Shown: piece by piece, positions 1 through 9,234 of the stretch
How the letters are laid out: the number at the start of each line of letters is the position of its first letter
How positions within the stretch are numbered: the stretch's first letter is position 1
Assembly: GCA_964344595.1 (NCBI GenBank)
Contig: CAYFNV010000003.1
Span: 7,014-71,013, forward strand
Length of the DNA stretch: 64,000 nucleotides
Source of the DNA: an uncultured Nitrospina sp.
Lineage (GTDB): Bacteria > Nitrospinota > Nitrospinia > Nitrospinales > VA-1
Direction: 5' to 3'
The notes under the pieces: model-generated
Told to the model about the DNA's origin: nothing
Databases searched by the model: none
The model's input: the letters and a program-made list of their open reading frames with translations, nothing else
Position numbers and translations under genes: made by a program

Positions 1-221
1 AGGCCATCGCCGAATCAGAATTGTTTACTAATCTGAGAACCCTGAATCTTGCCTCAAATAGTATCTCTGATATTGGGGCCAGATATCTTGCAACCTCTAA
101 AACTTTAACTAATCTTAGAAGTTTGCAGTTGGTGGTCAATGATATTTCTGAAGAGGGCGAAAAGATACTCAGAAATTCTACTGATCTTGTAAAACTGACG
201 TCTTTGAAATTCAGGGTTTGA
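1..221 (+). CDS. C-terminal end of a leucine-rich-repeat (ribonuclease-inhibitor-type) protein; 5' end lies outside the window
   Basis: The frame is open from base 3 (AIAESE precedes the TTG the track uses as start). Repeated LxxLxLxxNxIsdxG units are present (LRTLNLASNSISDIGARYL, LRSLQLVVNDISEEGEKIL). Confidence 0.6.
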   Translation, partial: AIAESELFTNLRTLNLASNSISDIGARYLATSKTLTNLRSLQLVVNDISEEGEKILRNSTDLVKLTSLKFRV

Positions 222-328
222 TAGTCGTAAAACATGATTTCTGACTGAAAATGGCCGTAGATTTTGGGTTTTTATCTTATTGATAATTAAGGGCTTGTTT
301 TTCATGTGTCTGGGTGGGTATTAAAGGC

Positions 329-357
329 TTGACTTCCTTGGGGGCATTTGATATTTT
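329..357 (+). promoter_or_regulatory. Candidate sigma-70 promoter (TTGACT-N17-TATTTT) upstream of the 526..1047 gene
   Basis: TTGACT lies at 329-334 and TATTTT at 352-357, with a 17-nt spacer. This would give a ~160-nt leader. Confidence 0.35.
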
Positions 358-525
358 CAGGCCACCCTAGCCAGACCGTGAGGTTTTGTGGGGAAAATCC
401 GCCGTTTTGATGATGACTCTGAATTGGTGGGTTTAAGGTAATGTGCACGAATCACCGAAGAGGATGATAATTAAATAGAGTTTTTTTAAAGTTGTTTTTT
501 ATTAAGCTTCGAAAGGGGGAGCACA

Positions 526-1047
526 ATGAGAAAAACCGTAGTAGCTTTATTGGCAGTATTTTTTGTATTTTCTGTTTCAGTTGCTAGCGCAAACGTATCT
601 ACCGTTAAAGCTGGCGGTAAATCAACGTGTCTCAATGCTAGCTGGGTTATTGAGAACTTGGATGAGACGCAGCCAACCACTGTTCATATTAATGTTGGAA
701 CTTTGGGTTATTCATGGAACAAGAATTTTGATCGGACTCTTGAGCCGGGCGGATTCTTGGCAAATTCCTTGGAGCCAAAATCTACATTTGAGAACAAAGG
801 ACCTGGTGCGATCACTGTAAACTGTCAACGAACACGTGTTGAAAATGCAAATCGCCACGAATGGAAAAAGGATGCTGGTTCTCAGAAGACTTATCAGACC
901 AACTATCACATGGATCATGTTAAGCCTTCAACATACATTGAGCCTGGCATGGGACAGCCTCTTGGTACAGAGCGTGGTCTCTTCAGTCAAAATGGTAATC
1001 CAAATGCTGCAGGTGGTGGTGGATCCACCGGTGAAGCTTACCGTTAG
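526..1047 (+). CDS. Secreted hypothetical protein (173 aa)
   Basis: GGGGGAG Shine-Dalgarno lies 6 nt upstream of the ATG. N-terminal signal peptide MRKTVVALLAVFFVFSVSVASA. Gly-rich C-terminus. A strong terminator follows. Confidence 0.6.
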   Translation: MRKTVVALLAVFFVFSVSVASANVSTVKAGGKSTCLNASWVIENLDETQPTTVHINVGTLGYSWNKNFDRTLEPGGFLANSLEPKSTFENKGPGAITVNCQRTRVENANRHEWKKDAGSQKTYQTNYHMDHVKPSTYIEPGMGQPLGTERGLFSQNGNPNAAGGGGSTGEAYR

Positions 1048-1061
1048 TCTTTAGTTTTTTT

Positions 1062-1094
1062 GCCGGGGGGCTTTAGCCCCCCGGCTTTTTTTTT
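1062..1094 (+). terminator. Rho-independent terminator
   Basis: GCCGGGGGGC-TTTA-GCCCCCCGGC hairpin followed by T9. Confidence 0.8.
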
Positions 1095-1155
1095 GGATTT
1101 TATCCAGTTGGTTGAATAGAATAAGACATATTTTGTAAATTGGAATAGGTTAGTT

Positions 1156-1650
1156 ATGAGCGACAACAGGTTTGTAGATAATGGGGATGGTACGGTAAGT
1201 GATCGTCTTACCCAATTGATGTGGAAGAAAAATGACTCTTACCTGGACCTTTTGAGATTCGTCAGTTATACAGCTGCATTAAAATATCTGGAAAAACAAA
1301 ATGAACAGTCTTTTGCCGGATATCAAGACTGGCGATTACCGAATAAAAGAGAGGCGCATTCCCTTTTTGATGTAGATAAAAACCTGAAGGACAAATACGA
1401 TATGTTTGTGCATATTGATTCGGTGTTTGCTGAAGGTTGTGGTCATGATACATGGACCAGCAATACCCGAGGAAAGATCACGGCCTATGTTTATTCTTTC
1501 AGCAGTGGTGCCGGTGGGCATAAGGAAGTTGATGATGTGCTCAACTCAAGTGTTCGTCTCGTGCGTGGTGAATTTGATAACTCAAAGGCTAATATTACAC
1601 ATGTTCCTGAAGTCAGGGATAAGATTACCCAAGGCGGTGGCTGGCGGTAG
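1156..1650 (+). CDS. DUF1566 (Lcl C-terminal, C-type-lectin-like) domain protein, paralog 1, no signal peptide
   Basis: FVDNGDGTVSD..LMWKKND...FAGYQDWRLPNKREAHSLF...TWTSNTR...VRLVRG motif series. Confidence 0.8.
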   Translation: MSDNRFVDNGDGTVSDRLTQLMWKKNDSYLDLLRFVSYTAALKYLEKQNEQSFAGYQDWRLPNKREAHSLFDVDKNLKDKYDMFVHIDSVFAEGCGHDTWTSNTRGKITAYVYSFSSGAGGHKEVDDVLNSSVRLVRGEFDNSKANITHVPEVRDKITQGGGWR

Positions 1651-1973
1651 TTAAATAATGCATGCCAGAATTGCAATGATCCGGGTGTTTAATAATCAGG
1701 AAGAGTAGCAGCCAGACTCATTTTATTGTTGAACTTCAAGGGTTTTCAGGCAGGAAGCTTCTTGAATTTGGCTTGAAAACCCGGTGACTGGGTGGTATTT
1801 TAAAGAATATAGAAAAATCTAGATTTATTCATATAGGTGAAAAAGAGGAGCGCTCTTCTCCTTGACTCATTTGTCTGGATCAATGTTTGCCCTGCTTTTT
1901 CCGCTAGTTGAATGGGAGATTGCTCAACCGGGACAGGACAAATGGGCGGGAAGTATAGGGTGTTTTTTATTTT

Positions 1974-2441
1974 GTGAATAGTTTCCGAGGTTCAGGTGTG
2001 GCGGAATCAAAATGCAAGTGGGTTAAGAAGGATGATGGGACGGTTGAGGACCCTGATAATGATTTAATGTGGGTGCTGAGAGACTCCAGGCAGGAATTGG
2101 GGAAATGGCTAAATTGGGATGAAGGACATGCTTATGTAAAAGCTTGTAACGAACAAAATTATTTGGGGTATAACGACTGGCGATTACCTACCAAAAGTGA
2201 AGTTCGTTCTTTGTTTCGCCACCAAAATGAATACCGGGAAGTGTTTTTAAACCTTCCTAAAAAGCCTGCAAGACGGGTTTCCAATTATCAGGCGGGCGGT
2301 GAAACCTGTGTGTGGACTTCTGAAACACGTTATGACTCTTATGCCTGGAAGAGCTATTTCCCAAATATGAGAGAAGTTTGTGTGGACCAGTCAGTATCGA
2401 CTACCGGGACATCGGTGCGTATGGTCAGGGACATGGATTGA
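1974..2441 (+). CDS. DUF1566 domain protein, paralog 2 (GTG start, start uncertain)
   Basis: KKDDGTVEDPDNDLMW...YLGYNDWRLPTKSEVRSLF...VWTSETR...VRMVRD. Confidence 0.7.
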   Translation: MNSFRGSGVAESKCKWVKKDDGTVEDPDNDLMWVLRDSRQELGKWLNWDEGHAYVKACNEQNYLGYNDWRLPTKSEVRSLFRHQNEYREVFLNLPKKPARRVSNYQAGGETCVWTSETRYDSYAWKSYFPNMREVCVDQSVSTTGTSVRMVRDMD

Positions 2442-2471
2442 TAAATTTTGATTAGAAATTTGAGGTAGAAA

Positions 2472-3083
2472 ATGTCTGAAAATGATGATCCCACAGAATT
2501 TGATGAGTCTGTAGATCCGGAGACTCTGGAGGATGAATTAGAGACTGAGTGGGTTGGTGAAGATGAATGGGGTGATGAGGATGAAGAAGATGTTGCCGTT
2601 GTGGAAGAAGAAGTTCCTAATTTCATCGATAACGGTGATGGAACCATTAGTGATACCCGATCCAATTTGATGTGGAAAAAAGATGATTCGTACAAAGAGT
2701 ATAATTATGGAATCAACTGGTTCGAGGCCCACGATTATTGTGAAATGCTGAATGAAAAAAAGTTTGCGGGTTTTGATGATTGGAGATTGCCCAGCGGTGA
2801 AGAGGCCAAAAGCCTTTTCTCGTTTACTCAAACTAATTATGACAAGGATGATGCAGAAACGCATATTTCAGATTTGTTTGAGCCGGGTGGTGGCCATAAT
2901 ACCTGGACCTACGAAGAAAAACCGGATTATCAGCAGTATGCGCAAAAATTCAGTTATGTGACGGGTAATGATATGTGGGAGCACAAGGATAATGAATATT
3001 CCCATTGTCGGGTAACCCGAGATGTGGTTCAGGATGTGTGGGAACCCGAGTGGCGCAAAGGTACAAAAGCTTTCGAACGTTAA
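2472..3083 (+). CDS. DUF1566 domain protein, paralog 3, with ~55-aa poly-acidic N-terminal tail
   Basis: AGGTAG lies upstream of the ATG. The N-terminus is D/E-rich, followed by FIDNGDGTISD..LMWKKDD...FAGFDDWRLPSGEEAKSLF...TWTYEE. Confidence 0.8.
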   Translation: MSENDDPTEFDESVDPETLEDELETEWVGEDEWGDEDEEDVAVVEEEVPNFIDNGDGTISDTRSNLMWKKDDSYKEYNYGINWFEAHDYCEMLNEKKFAGFDDWRLPSGEEAKSLFSFTQTNYDKDDAETHISDLFEPGGGHNTWTYEEKPDYQQYAQKFSYVTGNDMWEHKDNEYSHCRVTRDVVQDVWEPEWRKGTKAFER

Positions 3084-3121
3084 TTCCCACCCCGATTCAG
3101 GGGAATTCTTATTGGAGTGTT

Positions 3122-3349
3122 ATGGCCCATTATATGATATTTGGTAAAGATGATTGCCCGCATACCCAGAAAGCTTTGGGTGATTTCAAAAAACAACACA
3201 TATCTTTTGCATTCGTTAATGTGGACAAGGACCCACAAGGCCTGAAGAAGTTATTAGAATATACTGAAGATAAATATATGGTTCCTGTCATCGTCAATGT
3301 CGATGAAGACAGTGTGCAAATCGGATATACTGGCGAAGTAAGTATATGA
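3122..3349 (+). CDS. Small glutaredoxin/NrdH-like thioredoxin-fold protein with a single-Cys CPHT motif (75 aa)
   Basis: The internal ATG at 3122 is preceded by GGAG. MIFGKDDCPHTQKA...VPVIV...IGYTG layout is typical of the Grx fold. The upstream part of the track ORF (3005-3121) overlaps the previous gene. Confidence 0.6.
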   Translation: MAHYMIFGKDDCPHTQKALGDFKKQHISFAFVNVDKDPQGLKKLLEYTEDKYMVPVIVNVDEDSVQIGYTGEVSI

Positions 3350-3401
3350 TTAACTAAATTTTTTAACCTGCCATTTAGTTGGCCATTTGTTAAACAGGAA
3401 A

Positions 3402-3899
3402 ATGACAGAAGAACTTCCCCAAAAAGCTGAACAGTCTCTGACCAAGGAAGATGATAAACCTAAGAGGTTTGTAGAAAAGGGACGTGATGTTATTTTTGAT
3501 AATAAAACACGCCTTTATTGGTTGAAAAAAGATTCCTGGCAGGACAAAGGTAAGTTTTTTAACTGGCATGAGGCTGTAGAATTTGCCGATAAAAAAAACC
3601 TTAGAAAAATAGGTGGATTTGATGACTGGAGACTGCCTAATATCGATGAAGTAGCATCTTTGTATGACGAGTCTTGCGAAACGCCTGGCAAGGGTGGGGT
3701 GACTCTTCATATTGATCCGGTTTTCCCTGAAGGTGCTTTTAAAACAGCTTGGATTGCTGGTGATACTTCTACCCGTAGACCCCGTTTTGATTACAGCGAA
3801 GGCAAGGTTGTCAGCGTTGAGGAATATAGCTTTGGCTCAGTTCGAATTTGTAGAAAAGATAAAGTTATGAAGAGCCAATCTCCTTCACGTAGAAAATAA
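3402..3899 (+). CDS. DUF1566 domain protein, paralog 4 (degenerate N-terminal motif)
   Basis: ATG at 3402. LYWLKKDSW...IGGFDDWRLPNIDEVASLY...AWIAGD...VRICRK. Confidence 0.7.
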   Translation: MTEELPQKAEQSLTKEDDKPKRFVEKGRDVIFDNKTRLYWLKKDSWQDKGKFFNWHEAVEFADKKNLRKIGGFDDWRLPNIDEVASLYDESCETPGKGGVTLHIDPVFPEGAFKTAWIAGDTSTRRPRFDYSEGKVVSVEEYSFGSVRICRKDKVMKSQSPSRRK

Positions 3900-3902
3900 A
3901 TT

Positions 3903-4787
3903 ATGACAGAAATTAAAGTGGAATCACAATACCTGGATAACGGAGATGGAACCGTTACAGATCCGAAGCATGACCTGATGTGGATGAAAAAGGACACATG
4001 GGTTGAGCTGGGGCATTTGATCACCTGGCATGAAAGCCAGGAATTAGCGCGCAAAATGAATGAGGAAAAATTTGCGGGATATAGTAATTGGCGAATACCT
4101 TCGGCTTCTGAAGCCAAATACCTTTTCCATCAAGCAGCCAGCAATACAGATGTTGAAGGTTGTGAAATTCATATTGACCCTGTTTTTACTTCTGGATGTG
4201 GGTTTTCGACCTGGACCAGCCAAACCCGTGGTGCAAAGGCAGCCATGGCCTATGACTATCGTTCTGATTACGAATTCTGGTTGGCAAAGGAGAATGATGG
4301 TTTCCCCAGTGCTGTACGTCTGGTCAGGGATAATATCGTTGAAGAAGAGGATTCAGATTTTGTCCGTATAGAAGTTCATAAGAATGGAACAATTACTGAC
4401 CACAAAACAGGACTGATGTGGAAAGCAGCGGACTCTTACATGGAACTCGATAAATGGGTAAGCTGGGATGAAGCCAAAACCTATGTTCAGGAGTTGAACA
4501 AGACAAGATTTTGTGGCTACCAGAACTGGCGCATGCCTACCCGAAAAGAAGCTCAGGCTATATACGATGCTTCAAATCCTGTCACGGATAATTATGGTGA
4601 TACAGTTTTTTTGGTCAAAGGTTTCCCCGCGGGTTCTGGTTTGACTTGCTGGACTAAAACATTGAATAAGTCTGATAAGGGTTTGGCCATACGTTTCCAT
4701 TATTACAACGGGGACTATAAATGGCACCAAATGGGATTGCGCAGCCATGGTGTCCGAGCAGTTCGGGATATGGAAAGTGAATCGTAA
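3903..4787 (+). CDS. Protein with two tandem DUF1566 domains, paralog 5
   Basis: Two complete motif series: YLDNGDGTVTD..LMWMKKD..FAGYSNWRIPSASEAKYLF..VRLVRD, and then GTITDHKTGLMWKAAD..FCGYQNWRMPTRKEAQAIY..VRAVRD. Confidence 0.8.
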   Translation: MTEIKVESQYLDNGDGTVTDPKHDLMWMKKDTWVELGHLITWHESQELARKMNEEKFAGYSNWRIPSASEAKYLFHQAASNTDVEGCEIHIDPVFTSGCGFSTWTSQTRGAKAAMAYDYRSDYEFWLAKENDGFPSAVRLVRDNIVEEEDSDFVRIEVHKNGTITDHKTGLMWKAADSYMELDKWVSWDEAKTYVQELNKTRFCGYQNWRMPTRKEAQAIYDASNPVTDNYGDTVFLVKGFPAGSGLTCWTKTLNKSDKGLAIRFHYYNGDYKWHQMGLRSHGVRAVRDMESES

Positions 4788-4792
4788 AGACC

Positions 4793-5248
4793 ATGAGTGA
4801 ACAAAGCTCAGTGAAGACCAGTGAGAGATTTATTGAAGGAGATGGCGATACGGTTATTGATGCAGCTAAACGCCTTGTCTGGATGAAAAAAGATACCTGG
4901 CAATTAGCCGGGAAGTGGATGAACCAGCGTCAGACTAAAGAGTTTGCTGCGAGTCTTAACCTTAAGCGGTTTGCCGGTTTTTCCAACTGGAGGATTCCCA
5001 CTGCAGAGGAGGGTAAAAGCCTCTTCGATAAAAAACTGCAAAATAAAGATAATATGGGACAGGTAATTCATATACCTAGTTTGTTTGAACCTGGATGCGG
5101 GTTTTTGTGCTGGACCAGCGATGTTCGCCATAATATACAAGGTGTACGTGTTAGCTTTCGAAAAGGAGCCATCATGTATGATGATATTTTTCGCGTTTCA
5201 AGAGGGACGACGAGGTTGGTTCGAAATATTGATAAGCAAGATGACTGA
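4793..5248 (+). CDS. DUF1566 domain protein, paralog 6
   Basis: FIEGDGDTVID..LVWMKKD..FAGFSNWRIPTAEEGKSLF..CWTSDVR..TRLVRN. Lies 5 nt after the previous stop. Confidence 0.8.
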   Translation: MSEQSSVKTSERFIEGDGDTVIDAAKRLVWMKKDTWQLAGKWMNQRQTKEFAASLNLKRFAGFSNWRIPTAEEGKSLFDKKLQNKDNMGQVIHIPSLFEPGCGFLCWTSDVRHNIQGVRVSFRKGAIMYDDIFRVSRGTTRLVRNIDKQDD

Positions 5249-5263
5249 AAATATGGATCAGAG

Positions 5264-5767
5264 TTGGAGAACAGCGTGGATTTAAAAAAACGATTTGTAG
5301 ATAACGGCGATGGTACAGTTACCGATTTGCAAACCAAGCTGATATGGAAACAAACGGATTCTTTCCAGGATACTAGTAAATGGGTGAATTGGTATAAGGC
5401 TTTGGAATACATCAAGGGGTTAAGAAACGAAAAGTTCGCGGGATATGATGATTGGAGAATGCCAACTCTGGAAGAGGCAGAGAGCCTTTATGATGAAGAT
5501 CATGTTATTCGTGATATGGATCGCATGGATATATTTATAAGCGATGCATTCTCCCCTGGCGGAGGTTTTACAAGTTGGACCTCGAATGAACTTCCTCATG
5601 CTACTGCGGCTATCTATTATTACCGCTATGGACATGGGAACACAAACCACAAGGAAGATATCACTAAGGATTCGGTGCGGGCAGTTCGAGATATCGAAAA
5701 ACGCGAAGATGCGGGCGGAGCTTTTAAGCAATATCCAGGTTTTTCAGATTCTCCTCTTCCTCGCTGA
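5264..5767 (+). CDS. DUF1566 domain protein, paralog 7
   Basis: FVDNGDGTVTD..LIWKQTD..FAGYDDWRMPTLEEAESLY..SWTSNE..VRAVRD. Confidence 0.8.
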   Translation: MENSVDLKKRFVDNGDGTVTDLQTKLIWKQTDSFQDTSKWVNWYKALEYIKGLRNEKFAGYDDWRMPTLEEAESLYDEDHVIRDMDRMDIFISDAFSPGGGFTSWTSNELPHATAAIYYYRYGHGNTNHKEDITKDSVRAVRDIEKREDAGGAFKQYPGFSDSPLPR

Positions 5768-5905
5768 TAAATTTGTTATTAAGGCTGGGTAATAAATTTT
5801 TGGATGGTCAGGTAGAAACCCAGTGATCTAAAAATATTTTTTTGAAAGGGCATTGTCATCGAAGGTTATTGGGAAATTAATAAGCAGGAAAGTGAAAACT
5901 CGAAA

Positions 5906-6694
5906 ATGACGTACCGGTTCGAGGAAGAAAACTATATGAACACGTACGTTCTTGAAGACTTTTATCACACCCACCCATTTTATGATTACAACTATGTTGT
6001 GATTCGTCTTCGTGATCAGGATAACCGAGCCAATGATTTTGCCTTTCAATTAAATTTTAATAAAACTTTCAACCCACTCCCTGATCACCCGCGATTGACG
6101 GATGTTCAAACCCAAATTGCCAGGAGATTTGCCAAAGAGGCACCGGATGAGTTGATACTTCTATTCAAACAGAGGATTGTCGAAGCGAAAGCCTATGGGG
6201 AGAAAAACCCAAGCACTTATCTGGAGTTTGAACCAGGAAATTATTACAATTTTTATGAATTGTTCCCTCGAAACAAGGAAATGCTCGATTTTAATTTTAA
6301 TAAAGTCCAGTATTTTGCTGAAGATTCATACGATATTGACCCAAGAAATGATAATCGCAGTTTGAAACTTTCTTTTTATAAATTAGAACTGGATAATGCA
6401 AACCAGGCACCAATTTTTTCCTCAACCTATTATTTAGATGAGCGGCTGAGGGAAAAAGAGGATGCCAAACTTGAACCTTCCAATAGCGATATGTTGATAG
6501 CAATCAACCAGTCGATTCCTGATTTTAACGAAAGATTAAAGAAACGCTATAAGGAAGCAAAAAAAATTGGTCAGGAATTATTGAAAAACACGCCAGAGAT
6601 AAAAGTGCAGGAAGGAAAAATAAAGCCTAATGAGCCTTGCCCCTGTGGGTCTGGTAAAAAGTATAAAAAATGTTGTGCGCTGATGCTGAACTGA
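5906..6694 (+). CDS. SEC-C metal-binding motif protein
   Basis: C-terminal PCPCGSGKKYKKCC is the SEC-C motif. The rest of the protein has no recognisable domain. Confidence 0.7.
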   Translation: MTYRFEEENYMNTYVLEDFYHTHPFYDYNYVVIRLRDQDNRANDFAFQLNFNKTFNPLPDHPRLTDVQTQIARRFAKEAPDELILLFKQRIVEAKAYGEKNPSTYLEFEPGNYYNFYELFPRNKEMLDFNFNKVQYFAEDSYDIDPRNDNRSLKLSFYKLELDNANQAPIFSSTYYLDERLREKEDAKLEPSNSDMLIAINQSIPDFNERLKKRYKEAKKIGQELLKNTPEIKVQEGKIKPNEPCPCGSGKKYKKCCALMLN

Positions 6695-6779
6695 TTCTGA
6701 AGTTCAAAAGTAACAGGTTCGATAAACGAGTTGTCAGGAAAATGAAAACACATTTTATATAATTTCATGGTATTGAATC

Positions 6780-7358
6780 ATGGCTAAAGAGAGAAAAGTT
6801 AAAAAAGTTCAGGCCCGGCATATTCTTGTGGGTAAGAAAGAACTTGCTGAAGAGTTAAGGGAGAAAATTGACCAGGGCGAGGAATTTACAAAGCTGGCTG
6901 AGGAGTATAGTGAATGCCCGTCAAAAAAACGGGGTGGAGATCTTGGATGGTTTGGAAAAGGAGCTATGGTTCGTCCTTTTGAAGTGGCCGCATTCACTGC
7001 CAATGAGGGCGATGTGGTCGGGCCGGTCAAAACAGAATTTGGATGGCACTTGATATATGTCTACGAGATCCAGGAAGATGTTAATCCGGATGCAGGGCCT
7101 CCAACAGGGGACGAAGATGCCGATGAGGATACTCTGCGACTGGTAGCAGAAAACTATGCGCATGAGTTTATGATGCTGGGTTACACCAGTAAAAAGGTTT
7201 TGAGCCTTTTTACCAGTCCGCATTTTAAATCAGCAAATACGGTCTATAATATTTTAGGAGCGGATGCGATTAATGAAGTGATTGCTAATGTTTTCGGGCA
7301 GAAGGTAGAGTCTACGGCACCTGCAGAAGATGGGGATACCGAGAAAAAAGAAGATTGA
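6780..7358 (+). CDS. Parvulin-type peptidyl-prolyl cis-trans isomerase (PpiC-like) with ~90-aa acidic C-terminal extension
   Basis: ARHILV...CPSKKRGGDLGWFGKGAMVRPFE...GPVKTEFGWHLIYV rotamase signature. Confidence 0.8.
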   Translation: MAKERKVKKVQARHILVGKKELAEELREKIDQGEEFTKLAEEYSECPSKKRGGDLGWFGKGAMVRPFEVAAFTANEGDVVGPVKTEFGWHLIYVYEIQEDVNPDAGPPTGDEDADEDTLRLVAENYAHEFMMLGYTSKKVLSLFTSPHFKSANTVYNILGADAINEVIANVFGQKVESTAPAEDGDTEKKED

Positions 7359-7381
7359 TTATCAGATTTCAAAATATGAAA

Positions 7382-7417
7382 GCGGGCCTCTCTTAATGGG
7401 AGCCCCGCTTTTTTTGT
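7382..7417 (+). terminator. Hairpin plus T-run between convergent ppiC-like and serA genes (possibly bidirectional)
   Basis: AGCGGGCCTC..GAGCCCCGCT stem (one mismatch) followed by T7. Confidence 0.55.
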
Positions 7418-7427
7418 TGAAAACTAT

Positions 7428-9005
7428 CTAGAGGGTAACGCTGTCAACACTGAGAATGTGGGAAGTTTCGCGTAACTCCCTCAAGGTTTCAGTAGTAGGT
7501 GGTGAATCAATATTGATAATGGCAACAGCTTTATTGGTTTCTCCTTGTCGGCCCAAGTGTAGGCCAGCGATATTCAGGTTGTTTTTGCCGAGAATATTTC
7601 CCAGGTTTCCAATCACGCCTGGGACATCCATATTTTTTAGCACGAGCATATTTTTAGAGAGAACAGCTTCCATACTGTATTCGTCAAACTGCACGATTCT
7701 TGAATCGCCTTTGCCAAAAATACTGCCTGTTACATTTCGGGTTCCATTTTCACTGATGATTTGCACCTGTACTGTGCTGGTGTATTCGTGCACTTCACTG
7801 CTTTTGGACTCCTGCACTTCAATCCCTCTTTCCTTGGCAATAAAGGGTGCGTTCACCATATTGATGCCGTCAATGGATCGATTAAAGAGTCCTTTTAAAA
7901 TAGCAATGGTAATGGGCTCTACTTTCATGTTAGAAACTTCACCGTTATATTGGATTTCTACTCGGGTAATCGGTGCATCGGCAAGTTGTGAAATAAAGTT
8001 TCCGAGGTCTTCACCCAAAACGAGATAGGGTTTGATTTGTGCCAGTGTTTCGGCGTCTATGGAAGGAACATTGACCGCATTACGCACATTACCGTACTTG
8101 AGATAGTCAATGAGCTGGTCGCAAATTGCGATGGCAACTTTTTCCTGCGCCTCTCCAGTAGAAGCTCCCAGATGGGGTGTGCAAATAATTTCGCTTACTT
8201 TAAGGAGAGGGCTTTCCAGATCCAGAGGTTCTTTGTGGTAAACATCCAGAGCTGCTCCTGCTACATGTTTGGATTGAACAGCCTCGATCAGAGCAGAGTC
8301 GTCAATCAATGAGCCTCTGGCGCAGTTTACGATGCGAATACCGGATTTCATTTGCTCGAATTCCTCTTTTCCCAGTAAGGGTTTGCCAGGTAGACCCGGA
8401 GTGTGCAGGCTAAGAAAATCAGAGCGCCCCAGTAGGTCTTTTAATTCGACCAACTCTACTCCCAACTTTTCAGCTCTTTCCTTTGAAATATATGGGTCGT
8501 GTACCAGAATCTTCATTTGAAAAGCCCGAGCTCGTTCAGCAACTATAGAGCCTATTCGTCCTAATCCAACAATGCCCAGAGTTTTTTCGAAAAGCTCTAC
8601 ACCCATGAATTGTTTTGGAGCCCATTTCTCGTTTTTGAGGGTGTGGCTGGCTTGTGGGATGTTCCTGGACAGCGACATCAGCAAAGCCATAGTATGTTCT
8701 GCAGTAGTGATGATATTTCCCTCAGGGGCATTCATGACAATGATGCCTTTTTTACCAGCTGCATCCAGGTCGATATTGTCAACACCTATACCCGCTCTTC
8801 CAATTACTTTCAGGTTCTCGGCTGCTTCAATTATTTCTGCGACCACTTTAGTGGCGCTCCGGACTATCAAACCGTCATAAGCGGGAATGATTTTAATCAA
8901 TTCCTCCTTGGGAAGACCAGTTTTTACATCCACTTCAATTCCGGACTCTTTTTTTAATATTTCAACTCCCGTTGCAGAGAGATTATCTGATACAAGAACT
9001 TTCAT
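7428..9005 (-). CDS. serA: D-3-phosphoglycerate dehydrogenase, long form with ACT domain
   Basis: 525 aa. Contains the GxGxIG NAD site (GIVGLGRIGSIVA), the catalytic R/E/H region (CTPHLGAST) and a C-terminal ACT-like segment. Confidence 0.95.
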   Translation of the reverse strand: MKVLVSDNLSATGVEILKKESGIEVDVKTGLPKEELIKIIPAYDGLIVRSATKVVAEIIEAAENLKVIGRAGIGVDNIDLDAAGKKGIIVMNAPEGNIITTAEHTMALLMSLSRNIPQASHTLKNEKWAPKQFMGVELFEKTLGIVGLGRIGSIVAERARAFQMKILVHDPYISKERAEKLGVELVELKDLLGRSDFLSLHTPGLPGKPLLGKEEFEQMKSGIRIVNCARGSLIDDSALIEAVQSKHVAGAALDVYHKEPLDLESPLLKVSEIICTPHLGASTGEAQEKVAIAICDQLIDYLKYGNVRNAVNVPSIDAETLAQIKPYLVLGEDLGNFISQLADAPITRVEIQYNGEVSNMKVEPITIAILKGLFNRSIDGINMVNAPFIAKERGIEVQESKSSEVHEYTSTVQVQIISENGTRNVTGSIFGKGDSRIVQFDEYSMEAVLSKNMLVLKNMDVPGVIGNLGNILGKNNLNIAGLHLGRQGETNKAVAIINIDSPPTTETLRELRETSHILSVDSVTL

Positions 9006-9234
9006 TCGCTAGCTCCAAGTAATGTTGGTCGGTGATAACCGGCGGTTTCCAATAAGATGTAGGGTAGCAATAGTTTCTTCATACTGGCGAAAAGTTTACT
9101 CGGCATGATTTGTATTGCTATTTGCCCCGGGTGATAGCCGGTCAATAAGCTTCTAATAATATTTCTTGAGCGGCGGCCACTCCTTAATGAATCAGACAGA
9201 TAGCATAAAATAGCCATAGATCAAAATATAACTC

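Noticed and set aside
3005-3121. The N-terminal 39 codons of the track ORF for the glutaredoxin-like gene.
   Set aside because: They overlap the end of the preceding DUF1566 gene in another frame. The internal ATG at 3122 has an SD and starts exactly at the thioredoxin fold.
1156-5767. A diversity-generating retroelement (DGR) targeting the C-type-lectin-like DUF1566 genes.
   Set aside because: There is no reverse transcriptase gene and no template-repeat/variable-repeat pair (no near-identical ~100-150-nt repeat differing at adenines) anywhere in the window. The paralogs differ throughout, not only in a C-terminal VR.
7456-8957. Several 60-190-aa ORFs antisense to serA.
   Set aside because: They lie inside a confidently identified, full-length serA and show no independent signals.
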